Positions 51,922 to 62,617 of a stretch of DNA of 64,000 nt are shown here, in pieces. The notes beneath the pieces are model-generated. The model did not search any database and was not told the DNA's origin. It saw nothing but the letters and a program-made list of their open reading frames with translations. Where the stretch lies: contig JAUCBJ010004405.1 in the NCBI GenBank assembly GCA_032718475.1, forward strand, positions 7,828 to 71,827, given 5' to 3'. The position numbers and the translations under genes were made by a program. Origin of the DNA: Nemertoderma westbladi (taxonomy: Eukaryota > Animalia > Xenacoelomorpha). The number at the start of each line of letters is the position of its first letter. The stretch's first letter is position 1.

Positions 51922-52393
51922 ATCTGCTATATAAATTTATCCATATTATAATGAGTTTATATTTAGGCGAGCGGGCGTCGCTGCCTACCCCAATCAGCCC
52001 CCGGACAGTGCGAGATCCTCAGCGCCGATGTACTTTTGCCAACGACGTAGCCGCACAACGACAACGACAACCGGCACAAGTCACTCCACTGTCCGTCCCA
52101 AAGGCTTAGATGTACTTCAGGTTTTCCTTGGAGAGTTAGGTTACTTTCACGATTGCGACTAGCTACTGTAAACACACTTTAGCAGTAACATTCACCTATA
52201 AACTCACAAATACCACACAACTGGTCACAACTACGCACATTCGGGCCATTTGTCCGTTAGTCAATGCCTTCCAGAATGTCACTGTATTATTATGTATCCT
52301 TGGATACTAGCAGTGCGCTATTTATTCCCTATGCTATTCAATGGGACAAGCTTTCTATTGTTCTTTTAACTCAATTCTAATTCTAGCGTGGTT

Positions 52394-52417
52394 GTTGCCA
52401 TGGTGACATTATGCAAA
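52394..52417. promoter_or_regulatory. RFX X-box with adjacent octamer-like site upstream of the extra ORF
   Basis: GTTGCCATGGTGAC (fits GTNRCC-AT-RGYAAC on the minus strand) directly followed by ATTATGCAAA. Confidence 0.5.
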
Positions 52418-53553
52418 GCTAGCGGTAGAATTAGCGTAATTCCCATGCATACAGATCTGGGATGTTATTTAATAGTAATTCTTTAATAGTCAATGTCCTG
52501 TTTTATACATGACTTTATGAATTTTATCGGCTATTGACTATGTTTGGGAGACTTTCGCACACTCATACGCATGATAAGATAAATCTCCGCTCCCTTGATC
52601 TATTAATTAATGGAATTTTGGGAATGTTATAAATTGCGTAAAAATGGCAATTTATTAAATTCATTAAAAGGCATGAATTTAAATTTATTCCCTGAAATTT
52701 TATTATTTGATAATTAAATTGACATATTTTGATTCTAGAACATGTCTGGGGACACAAGATCCTTAATTCTATGACAATTGTCTTTTTAAGAATATCGGTA
52801 AATGCTACGATATCTTAATTGACTAGAATTGTTGAAGGATCTGAATTTTACAGATTTTGATTTATTAGATTTGCAAATATTAAATAATTAATATTTGAGA
52901 TGGGCACCGATTTATTCCAGAACTTGTCTGGGGACGTTAACCACTGATTCTAAAATTTGTCTTTCAAGTATATCGGTGGGTGCCGCGATATCTTAATCGA
53001 CTAGAATTGCAGATGGTCAAAGGGTTTAACAGATTAATTTGCGTTGTACGCTACTGTTAAAGGGACATCACGCTACTATATGTATTATTTAATATACGGT
53101 ATGAGAGCAATATCGCACGAAGCAATGTCAGTGTGAAGAGGCAAGTCGTTTCCAAGGTCTACCCAGAGCTTGGTTTAGCCGAGACACGAGGATCTGAACT
53201 TTGCATTCCTAATACTCTGCCTACCAATAATACTTAAATATAGTAGTGGCTTTATTGTACTTTAATAAGTACGGACATTTCATCTTATTGTAGTCACGTA
53301 TTTATAATATGATACGGGCAGTAAGGAAAGAGAAAAATAATTATTTCTCGCCGTCGCACTAAATATATAATATACGTAATTACGTACGCAATAAACACGA
53401 ATATATTGCACTATTCTACTAAATAATCGCTAAATAAGATTCTACTAAATTAAATAAAACGATTATAATAAAATTACGTAGTAATACATACATAAATATA
53501 AAAATAGTAAAATAATATAAAATAATAGAGTCACACACCCACTCCATATGTTG

Positions 53554-55365
53554 TTACGTTATGGAGTCCCTAGATGTTTGAAGGATTAGGGAGGTGGTCG
53601 TGGGAAGAGAATCTTGCCTTCCACAGTTTCCGGAGAGTCCTCCATTCCCTTCCGGTAAACACAAACGACCGACTGGGTGATTGAGTCGCTGCATCCCGAA
53701 TACAATTCCAGGTTTCCTCTTCGTCCTGGAATAGTGACGATAGAAACATCGCTCTAGGTACACGACGGCCTTACAAAGCCGATTCCAGGAGCTATAGTGG
53801 TCCGTCGCTCCCTGCAGGAGAGGTGAGAGTCCCTGCGAGACATCTGATGTTCCAGAGCTCCAATCGCTCTCTCTGATCTTCATGAAGGATCCACTCGCGG
53901 TGGGGAGGTCCAGATCCACGGCGTCGTCCCTGGCAATATGTAATACCGACAGATCTATCCCGGGTTCAAATAACTCCGATCCACCCGTCCGGGTTTTAGG
54001 TTTGACTTTCTCCGCTCCCTTGGCTGGTCTAATCTCAGTCGGAGTAAGATGGGGAGGCCATTCATCCTCCTTACTCAGGAAGTCGGGTTCACCTAACCGG
54101 TCTGTAGTATCTGTCAGTTCTTGAGGAGTTGCTCCTCTGGAAGCGATGTCAGTTGGATTAAACTTCTTGGGGCAATATCTCCATTGATCTACATTGGAGC
54201 TAATATCGTCATTATCTGAGGAGTATGGTGTTCCCTCAGTTGGGTCGTCTCCCTCACTAGTATCATCTTCCCATTCACTCACCTGGCAGACGCGATCTTG
54301 AAGCAGTCTTTCTCTGAGCGTTCTTCGGGAAGGTCCAGTAAGGTACCAACCTACTCTAGTTCTTACCGCATAGGTCTGAAGTGGTTGCGGTTGAGTAGGT
54401 CGTTTCTCTAATGTCTCCAGCGCCTCATGCGCGTTTTGACCGATTAATATTTGTACTCCAGGATAATCGGTGTCGAATCTAGGAATGTTAAGTTGTTGGG
54501 CATGATCATCTTCGTCCCAATTATAAGGTTCCACTTGGGTGGTAGCGAAGTTCTTTATTGCCACCATTTTGACTGACCTTATACTGTGTTCTCCTAGTTT
54601 ATCCTGTGGAGTGGACAACTCACCTATATAATAGTCGGCAGCCACAGCAGATTTCCAAACCTGCATGATCCCTGACATGTTTAGCTTGGTTCGGAACTTG
54701 GGTTGTCCAGCAAAGATGTCTTCGGCTAGTTCTTTATCGATGAATGTTCCTGTGCTGCCGGAGTCCAGGAGGGCGTTCACTATATAGCTCTTCTGAGGTC
54801 CGTGGACCCGTAACTGGACTACAGGAAATTCTCGGATTCCTACATTTGAAGTTGGCGCTTTCCAAGATTGTTGTTGATCGGAAGTAGTTAGGGTGAGGTC
54901 GCTGTCTGTGTCTTTCTCATACATGAGTGCTCGATACACTGCGGTGGTGTTTATTAAGTAACAGGATTCGTTTTGGTCGGAGAATTCGTCCGTATAGAAT
55001 CCTTCCATCTCAGATTGATCAGTGTCGTTCACATCACTGAATTGGACATGTAGTTCGGAATCACTCACCTGACTCGGACTATTTCGCTCGAATTCAGTGT
55101 GCAACAAGATATGATGTTTCGCACCGCACTTTGCACACCTTGCGTCGGAGTAACAGGTTCGCCGTTGGGGTCCTCGTCTGAGGCAATTATAACACAACCG
55201 CTTATCCCACATGACTTCACGTCTATCCTTTAGTGATTTCCTCAGGAATTTATCACACGCATTTAAACGGTGGGGCCCGTCGCACAGCACACATTTCGGC
55301 TTGATGTTACTTACTTTAACCTGTGCTATGTGGTGCACACTTGTTCTTTCCTCGGGCTTTCTCAC
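53554..55365 (-). CDS. pol: Element C internally deleted Pol (knuckles and protease kept; RT, most RNase H and integrase missing)
   Basis: Collinear with element B pol but jumps from SSDNDD to DQWRYCP (~54195) and from HYSRTK to KPGIVF (~53719); the frame stays open; LLDSGS is intact. Confidence 0.92.
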   Translation of the reverse strand: MRKPEERTSVHHIAQVKVSNIKPKCVLCDGPHRLNACDKFLRKSLKDRREVMWDKRLCYNCLRRGPQRRTCYSDARCAKCGAKHHILLHTEFERNSPSQVSDSELHVQFSDVNDTDQSEMEGFYTDEFSDQNESCYLINTTAVYRALMYEKDTDSDLTLTTSDQQQSWKAPTSNVGIREFPVVQLRVHGPQKSYIVNALLDSGSTGTFIDKELAEDIFAGQPKFRTKLNMSGIMQVWKSAVAADYYIGELSTPQDKLGEHSIRSVKMVAIKNFATTQVEPYNWDEDDHAQQLNIPRFDTDYPGVQILIGQNAHEALETLEKRPTQPQPLQTYAVRTRVGWYLTGPSRRTLRERLLQDRVCQVSEWEDDTSEGDDPTEGTPYSSDNDDISSNVDQWRYCPKKFNPTDIASRGATPQELTDTTDRLGEPDFLSKEDEWPPHLTPTEIRPAKGAEKVKPKTRTGGSELFEPGIDLSVLHIARDDAVDLDLPTASGSFMKIRESDWSSGTSDVSQGLSPLLQGATDHYSSWNRLCKAVVYLERCFYRHYSRTKRKPGIVFGMQRLNHPVGRLCLPEGNGGLSGNCGRQDSLPTTTSLILQTSRDSIT

Positions 55366-56585
55366 CTGAATTCTTTAGGAGACGTAGGAGGGGTTTTTTG
55401 TACCGGTTCCCTTCTGTCATTGGGTCGAGACTTGGATTTACTTACCTGATCTTTAGGCATTTTATTGACATAATAAGACCTGTCAGTGTCTTTCCCGCTG
55501 TCCTCTCCTTGAGAGGTTTGGCTTTCACCGTCGTCGGTATAACATACTGGTGTTACCCTTCTCCTAGAAACGGGTTTCTCACTTACCTTACTTTCCGCTG
55601 TCTTCTCTCTGGACTGCTTTATGAGCTGTAATTTCACCTCGCTATCCAAGAATGACATGAGATCAGCCATGGTAGGGTCTCGTTGTTGTTGTTCCATCAT
55701 GTATAACACTTTCTTGTCCCAGCGTGTACCTACTCCACCCTTCGGTAAAGTAGAAGCCACTGCTCTAATAACCATAGCACTCTGATACTCATGAGACTTA
55801 CCTAGCCAATCTAATTGTCTGCAGATCTCCTGAATTTCATCGGAAAACTCTATAATCCCGCTGCTAATAAACTTTCGGGGCGCTACCAACTTTGCATACA
55901 AATACCCAGCTATGTTATTCCTATTACCATACCTGATGTTTAGTGTATCCCAAACTTGTCTTAATCCGTCTGGATGTCCAATAAACCTTAACGCCATTAA
56001 CTTGGGAGATCCTTCCAAGCACTCGATGAGGAATCTAAGTTTCTCTCCATTAGATAGTACAGAGTTCTGTATGTTATCTTTGTAATATTCATTAAAAGGT
56101 AACCATCCCATCTCATCTCCACTGAACTTGACGATCTCTCCCACCTTCACCGCTTGCCGGGCTTCGGTTCTAGCCATTTGTCGTGTAAAACTTTCTTGGG
56201 CCATCGTGTTATTTAATATCGAGTTATCGGTATATAAATTTCTCGGATTATGATCAGGTCTATAGGGAATGTCATTATCAACAGGTCTATAATTACCCTT
56301 AATAGGGTTCACTATAGGAGTTTCTACTTCGCTAGCAATATATATGCGTGTAGGCTCCACACCTTGCGCATGAGATACTTCAGACCTAACAGGTTGACAC
56401 ATTGTTACTGAGGGTGGTGGTATACCCCTTTGTGTATTTACTAATTTATCGCGTTCTAGCGCGATACTTTGCTGCACTTCTTGTAACTCTAGTCTACTTT
56501 CCCTTACTGTGCCCTTGAATTGCTGAACAGTCTCCTGCATCTGCCCGAGCAGGAGATCCATCCCCCGCGTCTCTCGTCCACCCAT
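55362..56585 (-). CDS. gag: Element C Gag capsid-like (DUF1759-type) region
   Basis: VKFSGDEMGWLPF...EKLRFLIECLEGSPK; out of frame with the upstream gag near 56570, whereas element B reads through there. Confidence 0.9.
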   Translation of the reverse strand: MGGRETRGMDLLLGQMQETVQQFKGTVRESRLELQEVQQSIALERDKLVNTQRGIPPPSVTMCQPVRSEVSHAQGVEPTRIYIASEVETPIVNPIKGNYRPVDNDIPYRPDHNPRNLYTDNSILNNTMAQESFTRQMARTEARQAVKVGEIVKFSGDEMGWLPFNEYYKDNIQNSVLSNGEKLRFLIECLEGSPKLMALRFIGHPDGLRQVWDTLNIRYGNRNNIAGYLYAKLVAPRKFISSGIIEFSDEIQEICRQLDWLGKSHEYQSAMVIRAVASTLPKGGVGTRWDKKVLYMMEQQQRDPTMADLMSFLDSEVKLQLIKQSREKTAESKVSEKPVSRRRVTPVCYTDDGESQTSQGEDSGKDTDRSYYVNKMPKDQVSKSKSRPNDRREPVQKTPPTSPKEFR

Positions 56586-58561
56586 TCGACCGCAGAAGCG
56601 GGAGTCGCCAACGTTGTAGCGGGCGGACGAGGGACAACGGGCGACAAATCATGAATATTTCGCTCGGGGTCCAGGACTTGAACTGTCTCATGGGCTGTTC
56701 TATTGGGCACAGATAGCTTAGTACTGTGTAGAGGGAATTTAGAGGTAACTTCAGGGAGCACAGGTGTGTCTATCACCGAAGGGGTGATTTCAAGAACAGG
56801 CCTAATTATTTCAGGCTCATCTACTATAGTAGGGAGTCTTTCTATTTTAATTGTTTGGTCTGTGGGTTCTGTACTACCTAAGTTGGTGTTATTTAGTTGC
56901 CTTCTAACAGCTGGAGGCAAATCAGGCAATTTCTGACGGTGGAATGTTCTTTTACGTCTGCTTAGACGAGATCTATTTCCTTTGCCTTCAGTATCGGTGG
57001 TATCACCTTCCTCAGATGATGTATATCCCTGTCGTTTGGGAGTAGATCGACTCATCATCTGCATATTACTAGCTGTTAACTGTTTATTTATGCAGTCTTG
57101 ATTCTCCTGAATGTTTTCCAATTCTAATTGGGTGGTTTCTTCGGAAGCTCTCCGTTCTGCTTCTGCTACTGCCTCGGCCGCTGTTACAGCCGCCTTTCTT
57201 TCTGCTTCGGCCGCTGCCGCTGCCACTTTTCTTTCGGCTTCTGCCTCTGCCTCTGCCGCCTTTCTTTCGGCTTCTGCCTCTGCCTCTGCCGCCTTTCTTT
57301 CGGCTTCTGCCTCTGCCTCTGCCGCTGCCACTGCCGCTTTTCTTTCTGCTTCTGCCGCTGCCACTGCTGCTGCCACTGCCGCTGTCTTTCTGTCTTCTAT
57401 ACGTTTTTTCTTGACTTGCTCCTCCTGGACTCGTGTGATGCGGAGTTGTTCATCAAATTTAGCCTGGTTCGCAGCCCTCATTTCCACATCGATGGCATCC
57501 AACACAAGCTTGGTTCCTTCACTATTAGGGCTAAGTCCCTCTAACCTTCTCCTCAACTCGTCATCACCTAAAAAACGTTGATAGTCTGACAGATAGATGT
57601 CAATGGCATCCCTCTTATGCGGTTTCTCTGCCGTCGCTTCACTTTCCACTTGGGAAAAAGTAGCGTCTGTTGATTCTCCATGGGTTGAGCGCTCCTCCAG
57701 CTGAGCTTTCCACTGAGCTGTTCCTTGAACCTGGCGACTCACCCGTTGAAACCAAGTCTTTACGGCAACTTGCAACGACGTGTCTTGTCTTCTTTTAGAA
57801 GCCTCTTCAAAGGCTGATAATATTAGCCTGATTCGCAGAATTCTTTCTCTAACTTGATAAAGCAGTTGTCCCTGCTCTTGAGGTCCTTGAGGTTGTTGTA
57901 ACAGTTGTTTTTCTACTCGCTCCATAGAGCTGAAGAATCCCTGTGCGTATCCGGCTGCGGACCTCTTCCACACAGCTGGATCGATGGTTTCCTTGGCTAC
58001 TCCCATCTGGTGTATGTCTTCCCAGGCAGCTTCTGATAAATCAAACGGGAGTCCGGGTCCGGGGAAGTTCCATTGCGACTCGACAATAGACTTCAGTTCT
58101 TCCCTCGTGTATCCCGCATAACTATCTCTAGTTGATCGCTGACTTCTCGCCCAATCGATCTGGTGTTCTTCCACCGCAATCAATAACCTAGTGAGTACGG
58201 CTGCAGGAAGGATGAGAAGGGGATCCGAATAAACCGCATCCATCATCCTTGCTCCGCGCTCGGGTGTCAGTTCTACAGTATCTTCACTACTGGAGCTGTC
58301 GGGCCGCTGAGAAATAAGTTCTTGGCTCGCGGGTTGTTGCTGTTCCGCTGCTTCTTGGTCCCGCTTGACCTGAGCTCGAGTGCCTATGATAGACCTACGA
58401 TGTTGGACCAGCCTAGGTTCTTTTATTACTACTGGAGGGATGACCTTCCTCACAGTGGGGGGTGAACTGAACTTAGGTGTAGACAGTTCTACGCCTTTAT
58501 CTGAGTCGCAGATAGTTACATCTAATAAACTGTCTGACAGGTTCTGCTTAGTATCAGACAT
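56504..58561 (-). CDS. gag: Element C Gag N-terminal coiled-coil region
   Basis: 685-aa ORF from ATG 58561 with AEAERKAA repeats; homologous to element B. Confidence 0.9.
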   Translation of the reverse strand: MSDTKQNLSDSLLDVTICDSDKGVELSTPKFSSPPTVRKVIPPVVIKEPRLVQHRRSIIGTRAQVKRDQEAAEQQQPASQELISQRPDSSSSEDTVELTPERGARMMDAVYSDPLLILPAAVLTRLLIAVEEHQIDWARSQRSTRDSYAGYTREELKSIVESQWNFPGPGLPFDLSEAAWEDIHQMGVAKETIDPAVWKRSAAGYAQGFFSSMERVEKQLLQQPQGPQEQGQLLYQVRERILRIRLILSAFEEASKRRQDTSLQVAVKTWFQRVSRQVQGTAQWKAQLEERSTHGESTDATFSQVESEATAEKPHKRDAIDIYLSDYQRFLGDDELRRRLEGLSPNSEGTKLVLDAIDVEMRAANQAKFDEQLRITRVQEEQVKKKRIEDRKTAAVAAAVAAAEAERKAAVAAAEAEAEAERKAAEAEAEAERKAAEAEAEAERKVAAAAAEAERKAAVTAAEAVAEAERRASEETTQLELENIQENQDCINKQLTASNMQMMSRSTPKRQGYTSSEEGDTTDTEGKGNRSRLSRRKRTFHRQKLPDLPPAVRRQLNNTNLGSTEPTDQTIKIERLPTIVDEPEIIRPVLEITPSVIDTPVLPEVTSKFPLHSTKLSVPNRTAHETVQVLDPERNIHDLSPVVPRPPATTLATPASAVEWVDERRGGWISCSGRCRRLFSNSRAQ

Positions 58562-60638
58562 GTTTGTTTAAACAGTTGAATGTCTACCGCTATATTACAG
58601 TCTAAGCAAGTCTAGTAATTCAGTGTTAACTGCTAGCCTAGTAATTAATTACCGATACTGCTACTCAATGTAGCGTGATATATATAATATATTAGAATAC
58701 CGGTATGCTTATAGTATATATAACTATATAAGTATTATTACAGACTAGGTTTATCACAGAATACCGGTATAATTTTAGCACAAAGATATATAAATATATA
58801 ATAGGCCTATCGGGAATACCGGTATACAGTTTACAGTTTGTAGTATATATAATTCTGGACTAGAATTAATTACAAGTACCGGTATAATTTCAGCCTAAAT
58901 TTATAGAAATAAAGATAATAGGCCTATCGTAAATACCGGTATGCAGTTTACAATTATAGTGTATATATATAAGTATAATTACAAACTATAATTAATTACA
59001 GAATACCGGTATGATTTCAACCTAAAATTTATAGAAATAAATATAATAAGCCTATTGTAAATACCGGTATATCAATTATTTTAAATAACTGAATTTCTGA
59101 ATTTTAAGGGTTACTTGGTTACTTTAACTTACTTTATTGCCGTTATTTAAGCAGTAGTCCAACTGATATTGAGACCTAATTGTTGTGTGGCAGGCCTACT
59201 ATTTATAAATCGTTTGAGTTGATTTATAATATATATATATATACCCGTTTAATGGGTTTTGTCAATGTTTGAAATAAATGTTATTATTTCTGGGGAGTAA
59301 TCACTACACAAAGCGGTGCGCTTTCAGTGAAGTGTTACTTATAGGACACTAAAACAAATAATGCTAATTTACCTAAGTTACTTAATACTACAAATTACGT
59401 ACAATTCGGGTGAGATTACAATCTCTAAATAAACACAAAAATTTACAAAAACACAAAATACGAATTTTCAGGGTAATTTTACAAGAAGTCTACAAACCAG
59501 CCTAACAAAGGGTTAGAAATCTGGTTATTACAACGGACAGGGTACTACGGTATTTGAAAATAATAAGTAGTAGTAAATACACTGCGTTGTCCAGATAGGA
59601 AAATACCACCGCCTGACGACCTATAGCCGTATCGCTATAGGTACTACGTTATGTATCACCTAGAGTGTTCCTACCTAGAAGTTAATAGAGCTAATCGAAC
59701 GTGCCTATCAACCACTTTACAACACAAATATAATGCCTACACTAATTACTTTCGGAAAGCACTGTACACTAAACCCTAAATTAGGTACGAGTACTTGTAC
59801 AACAGATAATCAGTAGTTAAATATACTTGAACAGTTAAAAGAACCACGGCATCTGCTGGAGTGACCGGTGCACAAAATCACCAGTCTTTACCTACGCCAA
59901 GCAGCCCGTGTAGTACCGGGGTTAATTTAACTATAGCGGTATGTATAACAAACACAATTATTGTAGGAACAAACTTGGGGAATGAATGTTGCGAATAATC
60001 GCATAAACTCTGAATAATAAATATTACGCTACGCGTACAAACTACTCAAACAAAATGCAGACCAAATACTGACAGACTACTATCAAGCCTAAATAAACTA
60101 CAGGACATGCAGACTCCGAAATGATTAGGTAGTATGCGTTCTAACCCAGTAGTACGACTTATTCTTTAGATGGGGGTTTACCTTACAGCTTTGGCTGCCC
60201 CTACTTCCTAACCGTTCTTTATCGGACAGAGGCTCTACACACACTGCAATCCTTTCAGACTTAACAACAATCAGACAACAGCTCAGCCTACAAATTGTCT
60301 GTACAATCTGATCAGGCTTACACGCCTTCTGTTCAATACTGGCCTACAAACAAATAAAACTCGACAGAAATAAGTAAAAATCTCAATAAAAAACCAGGGC
60401 TGCAGTCCCTGATTAATTATTAAGGCCTACCGGTATATAATTATCAAAATCGAATAATACTGCTGTACCTGTACTGCTGTATGTACCGGTCCGGGTGGTT
60501 AGGTAGTCAGGCCTACTTGGTACCGGTTGCCGGTACTTCAGCTTTATTGCCTACTGCAATACAGAAGCAATATCCGTTATTGTTCTTACCAGAACAATAT
60601 TAAACTGTATTTAATGCCTACACTGCAATACAGACTAA

Positions 60639-60649
60639 ATATCCGTTAT
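60639..60649 (-). promoter_or_regulatory. Non-tRNA primer-binding position of element C (ATAACGGATAT)
   Basis: Abuts the 5' LTR end and is the exact complement of LTR sites 61382-61392 and 49866-49876; a second copy lies at 60570-60580. Confidence 0.75.
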
Positions 60650-61835
60650 TGTTCGCGCTTTCAGACCTTTGGCAGTTTAACCCGCCAAATTAGGATGTCT
60701 TCTAGATAATAATTCGCTTTTAGCCTATGACAAGTATTTGATTCACTACACTAGTCGAAACCAATCTGTGCGCGATCATTCACCCGCTGGATATACCCGG
60801 GAGATTGGGTTTGACGGCTTAATCGTATTGCTATGTAGGCCTAATGTATTATTCGACTGACAGTATTATATAATCTCTGACAATATTATTCACCTTCGGG
60901 AAATATTAACAGTTCCTTTAGGACGTGGCGCTCTACCTATATAAACAGAGTCATGACTTAAACTACTCACAACGATATGGCTTAGTTACAATTCACATAT
61001 ATGGCGCATTCTTTAGGAAATGCTTCGTTATCAGTCTCACTAATACACAATGCTGCACAATACTGCACACTAATCTGCCGATCTTCACTGATTTTAGTCA
61101 CATATAAAAGGAACACGGACCGAATCATGTAGGGTCTATCAAATAACATTAGATTCACTTCAAACCACTTTAACATAAGTCACAATCGTTATATGTAACC
61201 TTTCTCTCTTACCTTCGGTACATCAAGAATATTGGGTTTTCGGGGTTATTTATCGTTATTCCAAATATAATAATTCATCAACCATATTATGAAGAACTGA
61301 CAGTAAATAGCAGTATAACAATATAAAAGTATGCACAGGTTGTTTGATTAGGTATGGTATGTTATGTTTAGTTGAGTTGAGATAACGGATATATGTCCTT
61401 ATAATTAAGCCTACTAGTGTAAGACTAAAAACTGAAAACACGGAGGTGCCAAAAGCCGGTTCTTAGGCTCTGGGCAAAAACATAACACTGAACTACTGAG
61501 CCTCTGTATACACCTCCAACACAGAGACAACAAACGCTCTGATTGGTCAACCGAACAACGAGAGAACAAAGAAACAAAGAAACGTCGACGTGGCAATATC
61601 AGCTGTTAGCCATCGTCATGGTAGCGACACTGTTTTCAAGAGTATCTAGCTTATCGCGTCACGAGATTGTGGATTATGTCCTCTAAAGTACAAATACAGT
61701 ACAAATACATAAGAAATGACTTTTATGTCCTCTAAAACACCAGTACAGCAAGGACACGGCCTTTTTATGCCTGGCAAACCAACTACAGAGTACTTTAAGG
61801 GAAAATAACCGGTTAATGACGCAAAAGCTTTTACA
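60650..61835 (-). repeat. 5' LTR of element C
   Basis: TGTAAAAGC...GCGAACA; CCAAT near 61542-61546 and a TTCAGT initiator-like motif near 61433, both shared with element B. Confidence 0.98.
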
Positions 61836-62617
61836 AGTTTTCCAATAGACGACAACATTATGGTAAATTAACTGAAATATATTGAATCTCTTACATTAAC
61901 TATCAATATTTCCTCGACAAACTGCAGTATTCGCTTAAGCAGCCACTATAATGCTTCAAATTGTAGATTAAAATAGATATTGAAGAACATTAACTAACTA
62001 TGATTTATCTTTTTCATTAGGAAATATCGAATTCCAATTTGATATTGTAAGCTTTCCGCGTGTGAATTTCAACTCAAAATGCACGTTTGATTTCATACAT
62101 ATAGGAATACACTGCAACTACACAGTATTGTATATACCGGTGCCACAAAACACGTAAGAAAAAATATATCAATCAGTATCTGAAAATAACATCATTATGG
62201 AACTTCATGACTTAAAGTTATCGGCAGAAAACATTATTTTTCTATAGAGTTTTAGGTAATATATTTATCGGTTGCATGTAGACTAAACTAATTATCTATT
62301 GCTGTGTGATTGTGAACTTATAAATATTATTTAAAATAAAAAAATAATATTGTTTAAATTAAACCAACTCATTCATTAACCTATGATTTATTGTCTAATG
62401 TATACAGATAATATATACATAGATATATACATACATATTCATATTTTTTATATATTTTAAAATCTCTTTCAACACCAACAATGCGTGTGTCAGGTGGCTT
62501 ACAAATAAATATTTCTCGATATTATATTTTTCAATTAATAAATATACACCGCTCATCAGAAATACACATATTCATATATACACATGTACATCGATATATG
62601 TTTACATTTTGTTTCAG

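Larger units (their letters stand above)
49134..61835 (-). mobile_element. BEL/Pao LTR retrotransposon C, complete but non-autonomous; intronic and antisense to the host gene
   Basis: TG..CA LTRs of 1186 bp at both ends; 5-bp target duplication AGTTT (49129-49133, 61836-61840); same family as B. Confidence 0.98.

Noticed and set aside
55355-55405. Programmed -1 frameshift between gag and pol in element C
   Set aside because: The AAAAAAC run is not in the required frame and the -1 frame hits TAA right after it. BEL/Pao elements usually have one ORF, so a mutation is more likely. B is deleted here and cannot confirm.
60575-60592. TGGTAAGAACAATAAC as a tRNA primer site
   Set aside because: It lies ~58 nt from the LTR end, is absent in element B, and does not resemble a tRNA 3' end complement.
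61841-61870. Micro-exon right after element C
   Set aside because: Candidate lengths (14 or 25 nt) would break the frame, and the flanking exons already join in phase.
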